Made by a program: the position numbers and the translations under genes. From the human T2T-CHM13v2.0 reference genome, Homo sapiens, in assembly GCF_009914755.1 (NCBI RefSeq), contig NC_060936.1: DNA of 64,000 nt. One strand, written 5' to 3'. The notes beneath the pieces were generated by a model. That model was given only the letters and a program-made list of their open reading frames with translations. It was not told where the DNA came from and did not search any database. Numbering within the stretch: position 1 is the stretch's first letter; the number at the start of each line of letters is the position of its first letter. This document shows positions 34,055-64,000 of the stretch, piece after piece.

Positions 34055-37000
34055 ATAACAGTGGTTCACTTGATAGTTTAATGTTATATTTGCAGCATAA
34101 ATAAGGCACAATATATGCCAGGGCAAGGGAGGGAGGGAGAAGGCATAGCTGGGGGGATAACTGCTAAGTGGCAAGGGGGAAAGGAAGACAGTATGGTTAG
34201 GGAGAATAGAGCGAAGCCCCTGCCTCAGCCCAGTCCCAGGAGATTGTGAGAACCAGCTCACAGGGATCATGCTGAATCAGGTGGAGGGGAAAAGGGAAAA
34301 GACAGTTTTGTAACAAAAAACAAAATAGCCTGCAGCACTGCATCCTCCTACCTGTCAAAGGCCACCACTGGGCACTGGGGAGACCCAGACCGAGTTGAGT
34401 TCCTTGATAAGATGGAGAGGTGTTGCTACATGTCAAAAATATATAGATGAACAGAGATATAATCATAGATACACACTGCTTCCTTTTCAATAGATACTAT
34501 GTTAGGATGTGGCAGCCTCCACTCTTGGGGCTGGAAGCTCATCTCCTCCCTGCCTGAAAGGTGTGTGTGTTGTAGGGGGAGGAATGGGACAGCTGAAGCT
34601 TGGCTGGTCCTTACTGTAACAGAGAACATGGAGTGACCAGTCTGCAAGGGAATATGGGACAACTCCTGTCCAGACCAATGCATGGTTTTAGGGATACGAC
34701 TAAAATGAAGACAAATCTAGCTTTTGAGATCAGTGATATGATGGGGAAGACTTTAAAGGGAATGGAGGAAGAGACTGAAAGAAATGAAAGCATGTTAGTG
34801 CAAAGGCAAAAGATGTATTTGAAATATCCTCCACACCTGTAAAAATTTCCCAGCTTATCCCTAAGAAATGGTTCTCAACCTTTAGTGTGCATTAGAATCA
34901 CTTGGAGTGCTTTTAAACCCTGCCCCCAGAGTCTGTGATTCAATAAGTCTGGGATGGGGCCTGAGAATGTGTATTTCTAACAAGTTCCCAGATTACTGTG
35001 GCACTGCCCTAAGGTAAAGTCAGTGAAACTATTGCTCATAGCCACTTCTTACAGCTAAAACATCACTCACCAGTAGCTACTGCTGGTGAGATAACTCTGT
35101 GCTATTAGCCCCCCATTAAAAAAATAAACCCTAGTAGCTATGATACAAACCTACATCTACAGAGGACATAAGCTCCTTTAACCTGCCCTACTCTCCCCAG
35201 CCTTTTCTCATTCTGGGGTAGGACTTTACCCCAAAGAGAGACAACACAGCTGATGCAGACGGTGGTAATGGTGGCCAGCAGCCACCTACGCTCATTCCTG
35301 CTAGGTAACCACCTTGGTATGGGGTGGGGGAATTTATGTCTGTATGCACATTTGTGTGTACAAACAGACACAGAGAAATCAGTCCTGTACTATGAGAGGG
35401 ATGACTAGAGTTATGGGAGGCTGTAGTGGGGTGGAGGGAGTCCTTTAATCTGCCTTAGGATCCCCACCTTTCCTGTTCTTCCAGACACCCCCACCCCCGT
35501 CAAACATTAAGTCTAAAGAAAGCAGAAAGAGCATATCAACAAGGCATATGTGATATAGCTAGGAAGACTGGAATCTAAACAGGCTGGTTATGAAATTTAA
35601 AAAAAATAATGTATTTCCTTCCTGTGTATATAATGTACAATATTAATGAAAAATTAATGATTTGGGGATGGGAAGGAAGTTATGAAAAAAGGAGAAAACT
35701 GGCGGGGATAGCTGTATCAGGGGCTAGCACCTTTAAGGAGCCTCTCAGTGTGGAGCAGGGGAGCCCCAGAAACCACAGGAAGAATTTTTTTGGTGTCTGT
35801 TTGGTGGTTCAGGCTGTACATAGGGCACGGTTGGGGTTAAGCACTCCATCTACCAGGATGGGTGGTGCTAGAGGGCAGTGAATCAAGAAAGGAGCCAAAA
35901 CCAACAGAACAGGGATAGAGAAGTGAGCGAGAGGAGGTTCAGTTTGCTCAGTCCCTCTTTAACCACTACTTAGAGTACATGGTCTAATGCTTAGGGCCAA
36001 GGAGGGAGGTGAAGGCTAAGGAAGTCAGATTTGAGATGCATAACCAGCAGCAAAAGAGTAAGTAAAGGGGGCATGACTTTTTTTTTGTTGGCCTCTCTAG
36101 TATTGTGGGAGGCTTTCTTAGACTTTTCAACTCTAAGCAAACTTTCTGTTAGGGGAATGGGGCAGAAAGTGAGCAGACCAGAAGACCTGGTTCTGTCCCC
36201 TCCCTCTGTGGCCTTGGGTACGTGGCAGCTAGCTAGAGTGCTTGTGTATCGAGCACTCACATTGGAGTGGGGTGGGAAGCCTGAGTCCTGTATTCACATG
36301 AACGAATTCAGGACACCCACCATACACTCAGCTCCTTTCTGAAAGTGTCCTCCCTTAGGCCTCTAGAAACGCCATGGACTTTAGGAAGGGCCAAGTGACA
36401 CCTTCCATGATGTTTGGTTCTGGTCCAGATGGATCTGGAAGACAAAGATTTGGGGAGAGTGACCACATGGCTGGTAGCAATAACAAGGTAAGTGAAGTTA
36501 CCTTTGACTATCAGAGAAGTTTCAGGGCAGCAATTATTCTGCCTCCTTAGTGAGACTGAGAACCAACTCAAGAACTATCTAGGGGGTTCTGACCTGCTGC
36601 TTCCTTATTTCAGTGCCATTTTGTTACTGTGGTTCTGGCAGTGCTCCTCACTGAGGTCCCGTACACATCTTCCCACTGATAAAAATGAAGTTAGGACTAG
36701 ATAATTAGTCATGGGGGCTAAGAAATAAAAAAGACCCGCTACATAAATTAGCCACCCAACACAGGGACAGACTGGCAGGGCATGTATGCAGTTACAAATT
36801 AATTCTTAACTGTAAAAACACTTGACTGAAGGGGGAAGAAAAATAGTCAAGAGTCTTAGGAAAGCTCCTTAGGAGCCATAAACTCAGTCAAGCTTTAGGG
36901 CAAGGCTGCTACTGGGAAATCAAGACAATAAAAAAATGAAACAAAACTCTAAAGCAGGAGAAAATCCCAGGGAGCAGCCAGCTAAAGGGGAAGTCCTGAG

Positions 37001-39142
37001 CACAAGTTACGGCTGTGAATTTTTAAAGGCAAAAGTGAAGTCCCTGGATGTGGTAACCTGCGTCCTGACCATCTGCCATAACATTTGCTAGTCTGAATCA
37101 CTTCAGGGCCTATTCCTGTTGGGTACCTGATGGTAGAGGATGAGAAAACCGTGTTTTCTCTCCTTTGTCTTTAGGGGTGTGGCCTGTTCAGCACCAGCTC
37201 TGAAAAGCAGGAGGGGAAATTTAAAACAAATGCAGCAGAACCTGTTACCTGACTGGTTCACTAGGACAGGATATCACTTTAAGGAAACGGGAATCTTGTA
37301 GCTTAGAACATTTTCTCATTCCCCTGTGACAGTCAATTTTGGAGACAAAATAAGAAAGGAAGCTGGCAGTTATTTTGTATGTATGTTTAAGATGGAGGTA
37401 GGAAAGATGGAGAGAAGGACATTCTTGGCTTGCACAGATGGCAGAAAGTGGCTCTGGGACAACTGGAAGGGTTTCATACGGAAAGGCAATTAAAGCTGAC
37501 CTATCTATCCACAGGCCTCTGGCTCTGAATTGCTTCCTATGGTCCTGGTAGAAACTGCATAGTTCAGAGCCAAGGGGAGATGAGAAGCCTTAACGTGGAA
37601 GAGGGACAAGAGAGATGAATTGCTCCCTCTGCAACCCAACTCTTCAAAGTAAGAATGGTTGAGAGCAATAGTCACCAATTTCCCAGGCCAGAACCTGGGG
37701 TCCTTTGCTGGGACCAGTTCTGCACTTTCCCTCTCCTCTTCCTCCCTCCTTTCAATCTTATACTCAAGTAAACCCACTCAGCATCTTGGCTATGACGCTT
37801 CAAGATCCTGGAGCACTGCATGTAAAGAGAAGAGAGAAGAAATGGGTTGAAGAAACTCTGGAGGACCTGGAAGACCTAGTGGCTAAGCTAGGAACCTGGT
37901 GAAAGAGAAAGAAGATAGTCCAGACGGTGATGGGCACTTGTGAACAGAAGACTCTAGCTCAGAAAAGCAGACAGATGTGTGAGGGGGAGAGATGGGGTAG
38001 AACAAAGGAACTCGAGAGTCCCCTACATGACAGCCTCCAGGAGGGCTGAGTCTGAAGTAGTTACAGAAGAGAGACAGGGGCGGTAATGTTGATAGGGGAA
38101 TGAAGAGAGAGAAGCAGGAGCAGAAAAATGACCAAAGATGACAATATGCTTTGGCCGGTAAACTCTTATAAAACATAAAGGAATCGATTAATCCCTAACT
38201 TGATGGAACAAGCTTTGAAATACTTTGTTCCTGTCTGCCCTGATGGTTAAACTAAAGAAGGAGGGAGGGGAGGAGACAGAATCAGCCAGTCAGATTCTGG
38301 GCCCTTCCCTTTTCACTACCAAGCAATCTTTAATAATAAGGCCACAAAATGAGGTTGCCAAGGCTTAGTGGGGTGGTGGGAAAGACCCCACCACTACACT
38401 AAAGTCAAGGGACAAAATGAGGTACCCAAATAGCTCTGCAAATAGATGAAAAAGAATTAGAACTCTTGAGGGTTTCTTTCTTTTTGGTGGCAGGTAGAGA
38501 GAAGGAATAAAGCTTATGGAAAAACTGGAAAATACTGCTACTTCATACATCAAAGGTAACCTTACATTCTCCGTAAGTGAATGTTTTAACTAGAATTAAG
38601 GAAGAGGAAAAAGGAAACGGGTAAATAAGCAGCTATGGGAGACCTGAGTCCTGAGTCCATGGGGTGGCTGGGGCTGGGTCAGCGGGTAATATGTCATCAA
38701 ATCTAGCCTCCCTCTATCTGGCAGGAAGTGGCATGCTGGTAAGGAACAAAAAGGTAACAGCCACGGCTTAGTGGGAAGAGAGGGAACTGAGAAACCCCAA
38801 ACCTAGAAGTGCCAAGGGTTAGTGTTAAAAGAGACAGATACACGTGCATGGGGCAGGGGTGATTGTTCGGACCATCTGGAAAGGCCTTTGGCTGTGGATG
38901 CATCAGAAACCCCACCCTGGGGGATGATCTATGAGGCTCCGGGGCTGGGAGGCCCCCAGCACAGGTGTCAAACGTACATGACCACATGGCTAAAAAGCCC
39001 CATATCTGTCCATTACTCACAACACACAATTCCCCCCACCCATATTGCCATGTCCAAGGCAGATGGGAGGGGATAAGATGACATCTCTCTTGGCTCTTGG
39101 GCGGGCGAGCTCTGGCTGAGGACCTCTCCACCAGAGGAGGCA
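34055..39142 (-). other. ATF7: ATF7 long 3' UTR (~5.1 kb), candidate poly(A) signal ATTAAA at 34082-34077
   Basis: Follows the ATF7 stop; Alu-free; tttaat on + strand; end position inferred. Confidence 0.65.
34866..35000 (+). mobile_element. MER5A-like (hAT-Charlie) DNA transposon remnant; orientation uncertain
   Basis: ggttctcaacc...tgcattagaatcac...tctgggatggggcctgagaat...tttctaacaagttccca. Confidence 0.7.
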
Positions 39143-59565
<20,423 letters not shown>

Positions 59566-59719
59566 CTGTTGTGAAAGAAAAATGAACAGAGTTTAACCCT
59601 ATGATTCCTTTCAGGTTGAATCTATATTTTCCCATTTCCAAGATAAGGGAATATGCTTCTAAGAAGTTCTGCTCTTATACAATGCACTGAACTGCATGTC
59701 AAATAAATGTGGGCCCCTT

Positions 59720-64000
<4,281 letters not shown>

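Overview
Human genomic DNA (Alu-rich), recognisable from the encoded proteins as the PCBP2-MAP3K12-TARBP2-NPFF-ATF7 cluster (12q13, from recall). Left to right: the last coding exon and 3' UTR of PCBP2 (+); the complete MAP3K12/DLK gene (-; 13 coding exons, 2679 nt = 892 aa, non-coding exon 1 near 21.4-21.7 kb); TARBP2/TRBP (+; 9 coding exons, 1101 nt = 366 aa) head-to-head with MAP3K12; NPFF (-; 3 exons, 113-aa RFamide precursor) tail-to-tail with TARBP2; and the last 8 coding exons plus a ~5 kb 3' UTR of ATF7 (-). I traced every coding exon by hand; all junctions are GT-AG and all phases close. I found no foreign or prokaryotic-type system. The most interesting signals are in RNA processing: a 99-nt exitron in MAP3K12, three tandem acceptors that put a TARBP2 exon-1a ATG into all three frames, a strong out-of-frame decoy acceptor in TARBP2 exon 4, back-to-back opposite-strand splice donors, an ATF7-NPFF read-through that would give a frameshifted, NMD-escaping bZIP protein, NPFF intron switches, and a possible PCBP2 autoregulatory poly(A) site in the UTR region shared with MAP3K12. 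Regulatory and isoform claims are inferences from motifs; repeat boundaries are approximate.
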